The notes under the pieces were generated by a model. The model was not told the DNA's origin. It worked only from the letters and a program-made list of their open reading frames with translations, and ran no database searches. Below are positions 1 through 9,300 of a stretch of 64,000 nucleotides of DNA, one piece after another (within the stretch, counting starts at the first letter, position 1; every line of letters begins with the position of its first letter). The stretch lies in the IMG/VR virus record IMGVR_UViG_3300036770_004485. One strand, 5' to 3'. The DNA comes from a virus. The translations under genes and the position numbers were made by a program.

Positions 1-103
1 CACAAATTGGACATCTAAAATTGTATAAGTTATTCTTTACTTTCTTGAACTTATCCAGTCGTGAAGAGAGCAGTCCAATATATTTTGCATCAATGTGATC
101 CAT
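1..103 (-). CDS. gp61: DNA primase gp61, N-terminal part (runs off the window edge)
   Basis: Manual translation from ATG at 103: MDHIDAKYIGLLSSRLDKFKKVKNNLYNFRCPIC. This matches the start of T4-like primases with the first CxxC of the Zn-binding domain. Not in the ORF track. Confidence 0.8.
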   Translation of the reverse strand, partial: MDHIDAKYIGLLSSRLDKFKKVKNNLYNFRCPIC

Positions 104-494
104 CCACAGTCTTAGCGTGTACTGCCATTATAGCAGGTTTGCTGTTAGATGTCATCATATCCTTTACATGCTCTAAAGATTTTGGATTAGTGGCAACCAT
201 TATCAAACCAACAATGGCTATTGATATCCAAAGTTTTTTTTCTAGTAACGAAACTCTTGTAGATAGTGACTCATTATCGCTGTCCACTTTATCACGGAGT
301 TTGTCAACTTTAGTAAATAATAGTTCGTCAGTTTCTTCCTGCTTTGTAATTCTTTCTTCATGGACGGCTAGCATCCTTGACACAGTATTATTTACCTCTG
401 CAATTTTTTCAATTGCAGAATCTAATTTTGAAACAAGTCGCTCAAAATGATCGACCTTTTCTTCCAAAACGGCTACTTTTATTTGACAGTCCAT
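90..494 (-). CDS. Conserved phage protein: coiled coil plus C-terminal hydrophobic helix
   Basis: 134-aa ORF in the coupled gene string; heptad-rich N-terminus, then LWISIAIVGLIMVAT. Confidence 0.75.
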   Translation of the reverse strand: MDCQIKVAVLEEKVDHFERLVSKLDSAIEKIAEVNNTVSRMLAVHEERITKQEETDELLFTKVDKLRDKVDSDNESLSTRVSLLEKKLWISIAIVGLIMVATNPKSLEHVKDMMTSNSKPAIMAVHAKTVDGSH

Positions 495-664
495 CTGGAT
501 CTGCTTCCTGTTCCTAGAGAAATGTACCTTTTCTTTTTCCTCCTTACAGGAGGATCATCTCCAGATTCAACAGAACCAGCAATGTTCCCACTACCAATAT
601 TTATAGTAGGAGATTCTTCTCTGAGATAACCAAGTATTTTATTCAGAATCTTGTCCCTGTCCAT
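479..664 (-). CDS. Small hypothetical protein (basic C-terminus)
   Basis: 61-aa ORF overlapping both neighbours; DPPVRRKKKRY..GSRSRW tail typical of cyanomyovirus small ORFs. Confidence 0.65.
   Translation of the reverse strand: MDRDKILNKILGYLREESPTINIGSGNIAGSVESGDDPPVRRKKKRYISLGTGSRSRWTVK
598..605 (-). promoter_or_regulatory. T4-type late promoter TATAAATA (inside the 61-aa ORF)
   Basis: Exact consensus about 100 nt upstream of the 90..494 gene. Confidence 0.45.
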
Positions 665-1037
665 GATACTCGGTTTGTAAAAGTTTAAAGCATTCTAAAT
701 CAACTTGGATATCGTGTATGTAACATTTTGGAGTCTGTGGAAAACGATTCAAAAATAACAAGAATGCTTTCATCGTTGACCACAAATCTTTATCAATTTT
801 ATAGAACAGTAATGGGACAGTTGCATCCCCAAATATGTTGAATAAAATAATAAAATGATTGAGCAGTAAATGAGATTTTAGGATGCCAGTTTTTTTGAAA
901 CGCTTCAGTAATCTTTTGATATACTTGAAGCGTTTCATATCATCCAAAAAATCATCTCTCGTTACGGAGTGAGGATTCTCATAATGCCGTATCGCAAAAA
1001 GCATAAAGTTGTCATCATTTAGTTCATGAAATATCAT
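639..1037 (-). CDS. Conserved T4-like phage hypothetical protein
   Basis: 132 aa, ELNDDNFMLFAIRHYENP...LLLNHFIILFNIFG motif familiar from T4-like cyanophages. Confidence 0.8.
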   Translation of the reverse strand: MIFHELNDDNFMLFAIRHYENPHSVTRDDFLDDMKRFKYIKRLLKRFKKTGILKSHLLLNHFIILFNIFGDATVPLLFYKIDKDLWSTMKAFLLFLNRFPQTPKCYIHDIQVDLECFKLLQTEYHGQGQDSE

Positions 1038-1046
1038 GCTTTCTTA

Positions 1047-1592
1047 TCATCTATAATTTGGATATGGTTCGTTGCCAGTTTGAATACCAGACATGGCAAC
1101 AAATACTTCTGACTTAACTCTCAGGTTTCCGTGATTGTCGGTGTAAGTCTGAACACCAACCCAACCAGAGTGAGCAGGACGATATCCAGAAGCAGTTGCA
1201 AGACCTTGATAGCCAATGGTCATTGCAGTTGACCCAACACCAAAGTATCTTACAGTGGCAATACCTGTTCTTTCTTGAGCGACAGCCAGAGGATCTTCAT
1301 CAAGAGATTCTGGCATCTGAGTTAATGAGTAGGCAACACCAGCAATTGCTCCAGTTGCATCAGGAATTAGAGCTTCAGTACTAGCAATCGTAACAAGTCT
1401 TGCACTTGTTACACCGACAATCTGGGCAAATCCACAAGTCGCACCAAGTCCAAGTTTGATCATAGGTGTAATGGTTCCAATTCCAGATGTGAATGGACCA
1501 GCACCAATATCAATAGTTTTAGCGGACAAATTTACAGTGGCAATACCTGTTGCATTTGACTGAAAGTTGTCTCTATCTCCCCAAAGAGCCAT
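1047..1592 (-). CDS. Putative virion structural protein (beta-rich, MALWG start)
   Basis: Likely start is MALWG at 1592 (ORF track extends to 1619); late promoter directly upstream; G/T/A-rich; HSGWVG motif. Confidence 0.7.
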   Translation of the reverse strand: MALWGDRDNFQSNATGIATVNLSAKTIDIGAGPFTSGIGTITPMIKLGLGATCGFAQIVGVTSARLVTIASTEALIPDATGAIAGVAYSLTQMPESLDEDPLAVAQERTGIATVRYFGVGSTAMTIGYQGLATASGYRPAHSGWVGVQTYTDNHGNLRVKSEVFVAMSGIQTGNEPYPNYR

Positions 1593-1619
1593 GTCTTTAC
1601 CTAATTGATTTTCTATCAA

Positions 1620-1627
1620 TATTTATA
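1620..1627 (-). promoter_or_regulatory. Late promoter TATAAATA
   Basis: Exact consensus 28 nt upstream of the MALWG start. Confidence 0.8.
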
Positions 1628-1659
1628 AAAAAAGGGACATCCACTTATAGATGTCCCTT
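1627..1659 (-). terminator. Rho-independent terminator
   Basis: Stem aagggacatc/gatgtccctt with 8-nt loop, followed by a U7 tract on the minus strand. Confidence 0.85.
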
Positions 1660-1679
1660 ATTGTATTGTTTTCTTCCTA

Positions 1680-1850
1680 TCAGCAGTTCTTGAGAAGTGC
1701 TGTTTTTACTGTTGCGGCAATGACATTATCAATATCATTGTCGGTGGTTTTTACATAACGATCTAGAAGATCGCATACAAGTCTCTTAGTATGGCAAGAA
1801 TTAAGTGCCATGATAAGAAGTGGTTTTACTAGTTCTACAAGTGATCCCAT
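1680..1850 (-). CDS. 56-aa amphipathic small protein (missed by the ORF track)
   Basis: MGSLVELVKPLLIMALNSCHTKRLVCDLLDRYVKTTDNDIDNVIAATVKTALLKNC; GGAGG SD; CTAAATA at 1880-1886; tandem TGA TAG stops; terminator follows. Confidence 0.75.
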   Translation of the reverse strand: MGSLVELVKPLLIMALNSCHTKRLVCDLLDRYVKTTDNDIDNVIAATVKTALLKNC

Positions 1851-1879
1851 GATGTCCTCCGTAAAAGAGTGTCCTAGCT

Positions 1880-1886
1880 TATTTAG
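1880..1886 (-). promoter_or_regulatory. Late promoter variant CTAAATA
   Basis: Just downstream of the 574-aa gene stop and upstream of the 56-aa gene. Confidence 0.6.
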
Positions 1887-1888
1887 AA

Positions 1889-3613
1889 TTAGTCAAATCT
1901 TGAATGCATCATATCTTGTGCTCTTTGAGCATCAGCACGACGTTTTGCTACTTTTTGAGCAGGAGTCACTTGGGTATTTGGTTTCTTCTCACCAGGTACT
2001 TTCTTTTTCCCTCTTGGTTGAACTCCCATTCTACTAGTGCCCATTGATTTAGCAACTAACTCAAATGCTTTATTGCGGGGTTTTCTTGGAGTTCCTGCAA
2101 CTTTGTCTTCTTTTCTTCTTTCGTCAAGAATTTCAACCTCCTCATTTGCTTTCTTCATCTTAGGAGCACTTGCGGGATGAGTGTCCTTGTAGAAAGTTGG
2201 TGAACGTCTTGCTTTATCTGCCTCTTGCTTTTCTCTCTTTGCTTTTTCAGACGCACGGTGCATCTTGCTGAAACGAGTTGTGTTTTTCTTTTCAGCATCA
2301 GTCGTATTAGGAACTGCAGGATTTCCTTTTTTAGCATAGACAGAACCTGCCCTTGCCTTCGCCATTTGTTTTTCAACTTTCTTGAAGGGGAAAGATTGCT
2401 TCGCTTCATCAATTTCAATCTCTTCCTTAGCAACTTTCTTTTCAGGAAGACCTTTATGTTTGGTTCCAGCAAAATCCTTTGCTGCTTTCTTGCTCATACC
2501 AGAAGCTGCTTTAGCGACCTCAGGAGAGGCAGGGGTTTCGCCCTTCTTTGCCGCATAAACCATACCCATGAAGCGTTGCTGTGATTTGCTCAATGCCTTT
2601 TCTTCAATATTGTCTTCTCCAAGGTGCGAAGCAGCTTTGTATCTCTTATCACCTGCTTTGTACTTTTGGTATGCAAGAGTATTTGCTTTTTTGTCGGCAG
2701 CAGTAACAGTCATGCGAGTATCTTTTTTCTCTGCCTGTTTGCTCTTAGCATAATCCATATAGGATACTTCGCCAAGTTCAATCACTTCTATAATCTCAGC
2801 ACCTAATTCATAAGCAATATCTTCTAATTTTAAATCTGGATCAATGACAACTTTATTCTTTACCTTTTTTTCTTTGATTTGCTTATCATCTTCAGTATCA
2901 AGAATCTCAGAAAGATCTTGTCTCCAGTTAGATAAACTTTCTTTCATTCCTTTCTTCTTAGCAATCGCTTTACCAATTGCTTTTCTTCTCTTATGAAGAT
3001 ACTTATCTGACTTATCAGTATCACCATCATTATCAATGTCAGAGTCTTCTCTTCCTACTGGATCAAGTGCTTCATTTTTGGGAGCTGGTGGAATATCTTT
3101 TCTACCAATCTTTCTATCATATGCAAATACATCAATTTTCTTTTTTTCCTTTGCAGCATCTTGTCTCGCTGCGCCCTTTGGATCAATTGCTTCAGTGTAT
3201 TGAACTTCTTCTGGGAAAGGATTTCCGACAGTGATCTTTGCTTTTTTAGTTGCTTTATCATGAGCTTCAATACTCTTTGATTGATAATCAGCATAGTCTT
3301 TACCAGCACTTGCTGCTTTCTTTCCAGGAGTGATGCTCTTTACACCAGGACGCTTTGCTTCACGCTCGCGCTCTGATTGACGTTCCTTTGCAAGCATTCT
3401 ACGATACTCACTGTCTTCACCTTCACCAACAAGTTTCTTTCTGGCGGCAGCTGCCATATCCTTATGAGCCTTAGTCTTCTTCATATCTTCAACTGCTTTT
3501 TCATTATTCTTACGACGCTTCTCCATATCAGTCTCCAAATAAGAAGACTCATTCATTTGCATATAAAGACTCGTTAGCTCACTAAGAGCCTTTTTGTTAT
3601 TGTAGAGATCCAT
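1889..3613 (-). CDS. Highly charged modular late protein (DUF3008-like module); probable head-internal protein
   Basis: 574 aa, K/E/A-rich; [19 protein letters not shown]...[14 protein letters not shown] module; [11 protein letters not shown] motif; late promoter upstream. Confidence 0.75.
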   Translation of the reverse strand: MDLYNNKKALSELTSLYMQMNESSYLETDMEKRRKNNEKAVEDMKKTKAHKDMAAAARKKLVGEGEDSEYRRMLAKERQSEREREAKRPGVKSITPGKKAASAGKDYADYQSKSIEAHDKATKKAKITVGNPFPEEVQYTEAIDPKGAARQDAAKEKKKIDVFAYDRKIGRKDIPPAPKNEALDPVGREDSDIDNDGDTDKSDKYLHKRRKAIGKAIAKKKGMKESLSNWRQDLSEILDTEDDKQIKEKKVKNKVVIDPDLKLEDIAYELGAEIIEVIELGEVSYMDYAKSKQAEKKDTRMTVTAADKKANTLAYQKYKAGDKRYKAASHLGEDNIEEKALSKSQQRFMGMVYAAKKGETPASPEVAKAASGMSKKAAKDFAGTKHKGLPEKKVAKEEIEIDEAKQSFPFKKVEKQMAKARAGSVYAKKGNPAVPNTTDAEKKNTTRFSKMHRASEKAKREKQEADKARRSPTFYKDTHPASAPKMKKANEEVEILDERRKEDKVAGTPRKPRNKAFELVAKSMGTSRMGVQPRGKKKVPGEKKPNTQVTPAQKVAKRRADAQRAQDMMHSRFD

Positions 3614-3617
3614 TACA

Positions 3618-5087
3618 CTAAGACTTTTTATACTTATTTATAAATTCTTTGATACCTGTCTGATTATATCCGCTATATGCTTTACCACCTGGTTGCAAAT
3701 TCATCTTATCTCCCTTTTCAAATCCAGGTGTCATATCAGAAGCATACTTGAAGTATCCCCCAGTGCCGGCAAGAGTATTTGGTTTGCCAGGAACTCTAGT
3801 CTTTCCTTCAACTCTCTTCTCTTGATATGCCTCTTTGAAATTTTTAGGTAAATTTTTTGCTTGAGGAATAAAAGCACCATATGGTCCAACGTTTGGATCT
3901 TGCTTATCTACAAATCCATCAATATTGTTATCTTTTCTATTGACTGCTTTTTTAGCAAGTTGTCTAAGATTACCCGATGGATTTTCAATCTCTCTTGTTT
4001 CACGCAAATCACGAATCCAGGACTTGAACATCATATTATCCTCAGTGACACAAATCAAATGATTAGTTCCTCTACGAATAATTTTACCAATCAATCCAGT
4101 ATTGAGATTTTCTACAATGTCACCTACTCTAAAAATTAATTCGTTGACATAATTTTCTCTTAGACCTTTCCAATCAAGTTTTGGAGCAATCTCCCAAAGA
4201 TTAATTGATTCTGCGGTGACCTTTCCCTTGATACCCATCTTACTACGAAGAGTATTGAAAAGTTTCTTTGCGTCTTCATCATCTAATGCTTTAGGGACCC
4301 CCGATCTGAACGTCTTGAAATCTCCATCAGCAGCTGCTTTTCTAAGTTTAGAGGCAGACATGCCCTCGACACCTTCAGCATCGGGATCACGCTCCCCTGC
4401 TGACACAACGTTAATTTCGTCAAAATCATACAATTCGCCGTTGTAGTTATTTGCGAGTTTCTCAAACTCTGCTTTTCGGTCAGCACCAACCATGATGTTG
4501 ATACCTGTGTATCCGTCCTCATATGCCCTCGTTAAAACGTCAAATATGCTTCTCATATCCTCATCGTTGATGATCCTTTCTCCATGTGTTGGATACATCT
4601 TTCTCATGTATGAAATTTTTTCATCAGCAGAAAGAGGATTTTTCTTAGGATCTTCTGAACGTGATGGATAAATTTTGTATGCTCCGCCACCAGCCTGTTT
4701 TTTAGTAGCATCCAAAAGTTTTTCGTGACCTACAGTTGGTGGGTTGAAACGACCAAACGCAACCGTTAAAAATCTTTTTTCACCAGTTTGTTCTGGTGCT
4801 GAACCCTCTTCTCCAGAGGAGCGGCGTGGTTCAGGTCTTGCCTGTGCTGTTGGTTGAGTTTCTTTAGAAGGAGCAGCAGTAGTGGATTGCTTTTGAGCAC
4901 CAGGTTCTTCTTTTTTACCCTCTCTTCCTTTACTTAAGAGGAGATCGCCTTTATAAGTTCTGCCCTTGTATTGTCCCTGACGATCATACCAGTTCCCGTG
5001 CCCATCCGAAACCAACCCCAAACGCTTTGCTTTTTCTACAGCGCGTGAGATTACTGCCTCCGAAATGAATTGCGAAAAACTTTTCAT
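3618..5087 (-). CDS. HIGH-superfamily nucleotidyltransferase (cyanophage 'cytidyltransferase')
   Basis: [15 protein letters not shown] (HxGH-like), [12 protein letters not shown] (KMSKS-like); N-terminus [10 protein letters not shown]. Confidence 0.85.
   Translation of the reverse strand: MKSFSQFISEAVISRAVEKAKRLGLVSDGHGNWYDRQGQYKGRTYKGDLLLSKGREGKKEEPGAQKQSTTAAPSKETQPTAQARPEPRRSSGEEGSAPEQTGEKRFLTVAFGRFNPPTVGHEKLLDATKKQAGGGAYKIYPSRSEDPKKNPLSADEKISYMRKMYPTHGERIINDEDMRSIFDVLTRAYEDGYTGINIMVGADRKAEFEKLANNYNGELYDFDEINVVSAGERDPDAEGVEGMSASKLRKAAADGDFKTFRSGVPKALDDEDAKKLFNTLRSKMGIKGKVTAESINLWEIAPKLDWKGLRENYVNELIFRVGDIVENLNTGLIGKIIRRGTNHLICVTEDNMMFKSWIRDLRETREIENPSGNLRQLAKKAVNRKDNNIDGFVDKQDPNVGPYGAFIPQAKNLPKNFKEAYQEKRVEGKTRVPGKPNTLAGTGGYFKYASDMTPGFEKGDKMNLQPGGKAYSGYNQTGIKEFINKYKKS
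3635..3642 (-). promoter_or_regulatory. Late promoter TATAAATA embedded in the FINKY codons of the upstream gene
   Basis: Exact consensus 22 nt upstream of the 574-aa ATG. Confidence 0.8.
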
Positions 5088-5109
5088 TTATAGTATCCTT
5101 CTTAACTAT

Positions 5110-5117
5110 TATTTATT
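5110..5117 (-). promoter_or_regulatory. Late promoter AATAAATA
   Basis: NATAAATA 23 nt upstream of the nucleotidyltransferase ATG. Confidence 0.7.
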
Positions 5118-5120
5118 GAT

Positions 5121-6296
5121 TCAATAAATCTTCAAAAATGGTCCGTTAGTTGATCCAAATTCTTTCTTAGCTCCATAATACAAAACTCTACACCAGTTTT
5201 GCATTTCTTTTTTTGTAGCAAGTTCAGTCCATATTTTTGCCCATTCCATCGCAATAAGTTTTGATGAAAATCTTCCTCCAGAACTTCTATCTACCTTTCC
5301 AGTTTCATAGATGATAGCGTTTTCTAGAACTGCTTCAAATCCATCTGCTATTTTTCTTTTGTCTTGGTATACAGCAACTTCTCCAAAATCAACCATAGTA
5401 TTAGTGCTTAATCGATTATAAAGTTTTATCCAATAATCTTTATCGGCATCATTCCACTGACCAACTGGAGGAATATGAGGATGTTTGGCGGCAGAAGATG
5501 GTCTTGTAAATCCAAGATCTGATAAAAATTTATCCATGGCAACACTAGAAACTTTTCCCAGTTTTGCTCCAGCATCTTTTCCCTTAGGTGTTAGGTCTGT
5601 TTGAACAAGATTTCTCTCTTTTGAATATTGAAAGTTTCTAGATTGACCATGAATTTTTCCACCAGATTCCGTTTGCAAATCAAATCCCAACTCTCCAGTA
5701 TCAAACAAGTAATTTTGTTTTTTACCAAGTGTAAGCGTACATTTCAAGGATCCTGGAACTAAATCAATATTAATTCTCGCACTTTTATCTCCGCCCATAT
5801 TTGCTAGTTCAGCACTAGCAGTTTTTTTATTTTTTGCAATTGCTTTGAGAGAAACTCCTACAAGAATTTTTTCTTCCAATGCTTCTCTCATATAAGCATT
5901 CAACAAAACAAGGTTTGCTTGTTTTGTCATTCCATCAATATTGGTGAGTTCTCTTATAGTTCCTTCTATTGTTCCTTTCTCACTTTTTTTAATAAGCACT
6001 ATATCCATTGGATTCCAACGATCCTTTACAGAAACGCCACAGTCTCTTTTGGCAATGTCTTCCAAAAATGGCATAATTCCAGAATCTCTAGAATATTCAT
6101 ATCCTTTTTTAGAACCAAGAAAATTCTTTAGAGCTATTGCTTGTTTTCTATAAGTTTCTTTCCACTCAGAATTATATCCATCATAAACTTTCAGCATAAT
6201 TGCATCCGATGGTTCTTTTCCATTTTCTATAAAATGCTCAAAGAAAACTTTAGATCCGTTTTCTTGTTTTGCAGTTTCAATAGCGTTAGTTGCCAT
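5121..6296 (-). CDS. Putative PD-(D/E)xK restriction-like endonuclease
   Basis: 391 aa; WNPMDIVL...VGVSLK pattern resembles the PD...(S/E)xK catalytic core. The CDS is solid; the function is inferred. Confidence 0.55.
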   Translation of the reverse strand: MATNAIETAKQENGSKVFFEHFIENGKEPSDAIMLKVYDGYNSEWKETYRKQAIALKNFLGSKKGYEYSRDSGIMPFLEDIAKRDCGVSVKDRWNPMDIVLIKKSEKGTIEGTIRELTNIDGMTKQANLVLLNAYMREALEEKILVGVSLKAIAKNKKTASAELANMGGDKSARINIDLVPGSLKCTLTLGKKQNYLFDTGELGFDLQTESGGKIHGQSRNFQYSKERNLVQTDLTPKGKDAGAKLGKVSSVAMDKFLSDLGFTRPSSAAKHPHIPPVGQWNDADKDYWIKLYNRLSTNTMVDFGEVAVYQDKRKIADGFEAVLENAIIYETGKVDRSSGGRFSSKLIAMEWAKIWTELATKKEMQNWCRVLYYGAKKEFGSTNGPFLKIY

Positions 6297-6301
6297 CGGA
6301 T

Positions 6302-6329
6302 AAAAAAACCCCTCTAATATTTAGAGGGG
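6302..6329 (-). terminator. Terminator after mazG containing late promoter CTAAATA (6318-6324)
   Basis: cccctctaa-tat-ttagagggg hairpin plus U7 tract. Confidence 0.8.
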
Positions 6330-6340
6330 TATAAATTGCA

Positions 6341-6745
6341 TTAAAGATCTCCTTCTTTGCGATGTTCAGAACGCTCAACACTGAATGTTCCCTCTGGATA
6401 ACGAGCACTAAGTTTTTCATAATTCATTTGAAGAATTTCTTCAATACTAATATCAAGTGCCATACATGCTTGAGCAACATACCACATGATATCACCCAGT
6501 TCACGTTTCATGTGAAAAATATTATCTTCATTGTATGGTTTTCCTTGAAAAATAATTTTCTTTACAACTTCAGTAAACTCACCCGCTTCAGATGTCATAC
6601 CAAGAGCAGCAGTTAGAAGTTGAGTAACATTGCACCTGTCCTCAAGTTCAAGTGAGTTGAGTCTTGTTAGAAAAACAGCATAGTCCAAAGAAGTGGAACT
6701 AGTTGTTTCACGTACAAATTCGACGTAATTTTGTGGGTCAATCAT
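6341..6745 (-). CDS. mazG: MazG-family nucleoside triphosphate pyrophosphohydrolase
   Basis: LGMTSEAGEFTEVVKK...MKRELGDIMWY motif; typical position after gp41. Confidence 0.92.
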   Translation of the reverse strand: MIDPQNYVEFVRETTSSTSLDYAVFLTRLNSLELEDRCNVTQLLTAALGMTSEAGEFTEVVKKIIFQGKPYNEDNIFHMKRELGDIMWYVAQACMALDISIEEILQMNYEKLSARYPEGTFSVERSEHRKEGDL

Positions 6746-8124
6746 TAGAATTTAAGTGATGAGAATTTTTTCTTTAGGTTTGATTCTTCAGGATAATCAT
6801 ACTCTTCCTCCTTGCCATTGTCAAGGATGTCGTTTTGTGCTGACTGTTCACAATCGTACAGTCTCATTTTAGCACGATCAATGCCAACTACAAAACGTTT
6901 ATTCATAGTTGGATCATTATATCTATTCTTCAATTGCTTGACCATAATTTGACCAAGACCTTCAAGTTCCTCAGTGGAGATTAGAGCAAACATCAAGTCA
7001 GCAGTAGCAGGGAGACCAAATGATTCTGAAGTATCGGTTAGTTCAACATCAGAAGAACCATAACCAGAACGAGTGGTTTGAGTAGCAGAAACAATAGGGA
7101 CATTTGCTTCCACGGCAAGACCACGAAGTTCTTCGGCAATTGCCTTTACAAACGTATATGAATTGATGTTGCTATTTCCACGGTATCTAGAAGAAACGCA
7201 GATGTTTAGATAATCAATAAAGATAATATCTGGACGGAAGGATTTCTTCAGTGCCAGTTCATTCAAAAGAGACCTGAAATGACCAGCATGTGCTGATGCA
7301 GTTGGATACTCTTTGATGATGAGTTGACCTTGTGTTTTCTTAGCAAGACTGTTGACCTTGCTTTCAAACATTTGTTTAGGCAGATCAGTGATATCCTGAA
7401 TATTTACATTGAGGAGGTTGGCATCAATTCGCTCAGCAATTTTCTCCTCTGCCATTTCACATGTAATGTAGAGTACGTTCTTGCCTTGCATGAGACAGGC
7501 ACTAGCAACATGGCACATGAATAGACTTTTGCCGACACCCGTACCAGCAAGAGCGATATTGAGAGTCTTATTAGGTAAACCACCTTTGGTAATTTTGTTA
7601 AAGTATTCAAGGTCAAACGGAATTTTTTCCTCTTTTCTGTGGTATAAAGCATAACGTTCTTCGTAATCTAAAAGATAATCATGCCCAACATGATTATCAA
7701 AAGAAACTGCTAGAGCATCTGAGAGAATGGATGGAATCGCATCTCTACCTTTCTTATCATCTCCGCCATCGGCAAGAGCAATAGATTCCATGAGTGCTAG
7801 ATAAATGGCACGATCACGACACCACTTCTCTGTGGTGTCCATCAACCATTCAGAATCTACTGGTTCTTTTTCTAAGTAGGAAAGAATCTTAGAAACTTCT
7901 TTATAAGAAGTTTCATTCAAGTCTGCCCTGTTTTCTACCTCAATAGATAATGCTTCTTTATTGGGTAACTCATCATATTTGACAATGAATGATGAAATCT
8001 CCTCAAAAAGAATTTGATTACTTGAATCTTCAAAGTAATCTTTTTTGATAAATGGAATAACTTTTCGTACAAATTCTTCATTAAAGAGGAGATTCCTGAT
8101 TACAAGAATCTCAACTTTCTCCAT
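6745..8124 (-). CDS. gp41: Replicative DNA helicase gp41 (DnaB-like)
   Basis: Walker [29 protein letters not shown]. Confidence 0.96.
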   Translation of the reverse strand: MEKVEILVIRNLLFNEEFVRKVIPFIKKDYFEDSSNQILFEEISSFIVKYDELPNKEALSIEVENRADLNETSYKEVSKILSYLEKEPVDSEWLMDTTEKWCRDRAIYLALMESIALADGGDDKKGRDAIPSILSDALAVSFDNHVGHDYLLDYEERYALYHRKEEKIPFDLEYFNKITKGGLPNKTLNIALAGTGVGKSLFMCHVASACLMQGKNVLYITCEMAEEKIAERIDANLLNVNIQDITDLPKQMFESKVNSLAKKTQGQLIIKEYPTASAHAGHFRSLLNELALKKSFRPDIIFIDYLNICVSSRYRGNSNINSYTFVKAIAEELRGLAVEANVPIVSATQTTRSGYGSSDVELTDTSESFGLPATADLMFALISTEELEGLGQIMVKQLKNRYNDPTMNKRFVVGIDRAKMRLYDCEQSAQNDILDNGKEEEYDYPEESNLKKKFSSLKF

Positions 8125-9118
8125 AACTAAACTCCCTCTTAGCAGTTTCGTCTAATGCTTGCATGACTTGTTGTGTAAAGTACTGATCTGGATTCTTCAA
8201 AATTTCTTTTCCATAAATTTTCTTTCCGTCCATTTCATAACGCCCTGCTACATTTTTCCAGAGTCCACCAACCTCACCGAGTTCAAGAAGTCCATAATAC
8301 CGATCAAGACCACGTTCATCATAATACAAACGAATCTCAACTTCTTTGTTTTCTTTACTCAAACGCGATTTAGCAGTCTTTGCTTTGATAATATTTCCAA
8401 TGACTTCTGTTCCATCCTTTTCTTTCTTCTTGCTGAGATAGATGATAGTAGAAGCGGCATACTTAAGACCACTACCACCACCCATCTCTTTTGTAGGTAC
8501 ATAAGCGCCGATAACATCATAGGTGTGGTTGGTAACAATCATTGGTATATTAGCCTGCCCCAACTTCAATGTCAACATTCTGAAAGCACCCTTTACAAGT
8601 TGTGATTTTGTCATATCACGAACTTGTTTATCATTCAGTGCATCAGTAATCTCTTTCTCGGTTGAGAGCATTCCCAAAGAGTCTAACACAAACATACAAG
8701 GTTTGCGTTCATCTACTGGTGCCTTCAAATACATATCTACTGCTTTGAGTGCCTTTCCACGAAACTCTTCCACAGTAACAACGTTGACAACAACCAAACG
8801 AGAAGTATCAATTCCACGGGATTCTACAAGCGATTTAGTAATAGCAGCCTCAGTGTCAAAGTAGAGACAGTAACCATTGGGATGAGTATCAAGAAAGTTC
8901 TTAACCACTGCGAGAGAGAAAAAAGTCTTTCCAGTACTAGACTCTCCAGCAATAGCAGTAATCTTATTCCCAGATACACCACCAAAAATACTACCTGAAA
9001 CCAGTGCATTAAAAATGTATGAACCCGTATCAACATATTTTTCTGTTTCGTCAATATCGGAGGCAAGTTGTGTGTATTCACCTCCTATTTCCTTTACAAT
9101 ATCCTTCAAAAAATCCAT
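8111..9118 (-). CDS. uvsX: RecA-like recombinase UvsX
   Basis: [28 protein letters not shown]; likely start MDFLKD at 9118 (coupled to the upstream stop). Confidence 0.95.
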   Translation of the reverse strand: MDFLKDIVKEIGGEYTQLASDIDETEKYVDTGSYIFNALVSGSIFGGVSGNKITAIAGESSTGKTFFSLAVVKNFLDTHPNGYCLYFDTEAAITKSLVESRGIDTSRLVVVNVVTVEEFRGKALKAVDMYLKAPVDERKPCMFVLDSLGMLSTEKEITDALNDKQVRDMTKSQLVKGAFRMLTLKLGQANIPMIVTNHTYDVIGAYVPTKEMGGGSGLKYAASTIIYLSKKKEKDGTEVIGNIIKAKTAKSRLSKENKEVEIRLYYDERGLDRYYGLLELGEVGGLWKNVAGRYEMDGKKIYGKEILKNPDQYFTQQVMQALDETAKREFSYGES

Positions 9119-9300
9119 CAATACCACCTCATACTGTTCAGATATTCTAGCACATTCTGGCGAATATCCATCAATTCTGTATAGCATTTTTGATCATGAG
9201 CACATTGTCTCAGATCTTGATCTGGTTTCAGAACAGATTCCACAAACAAATCCAGTCCACGATTCCACTTTTCTTGTTTTGATTCATCATCGTTTGTCAT
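9118..9300 (-). CDS. Small conserved hypothetical protein
   Basis: 60 aa, coupled between gp43 and uvsX; [23 protein letters not shown] motif typical of cyanomyoviruses. Confidence 0.75.
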   Translation of the reverse strand: MTNDDESKQEKWNRGLDLFVESVLKPDQDLRQCAHDQKCYTELMDIRQNVLEYLNSMRWY

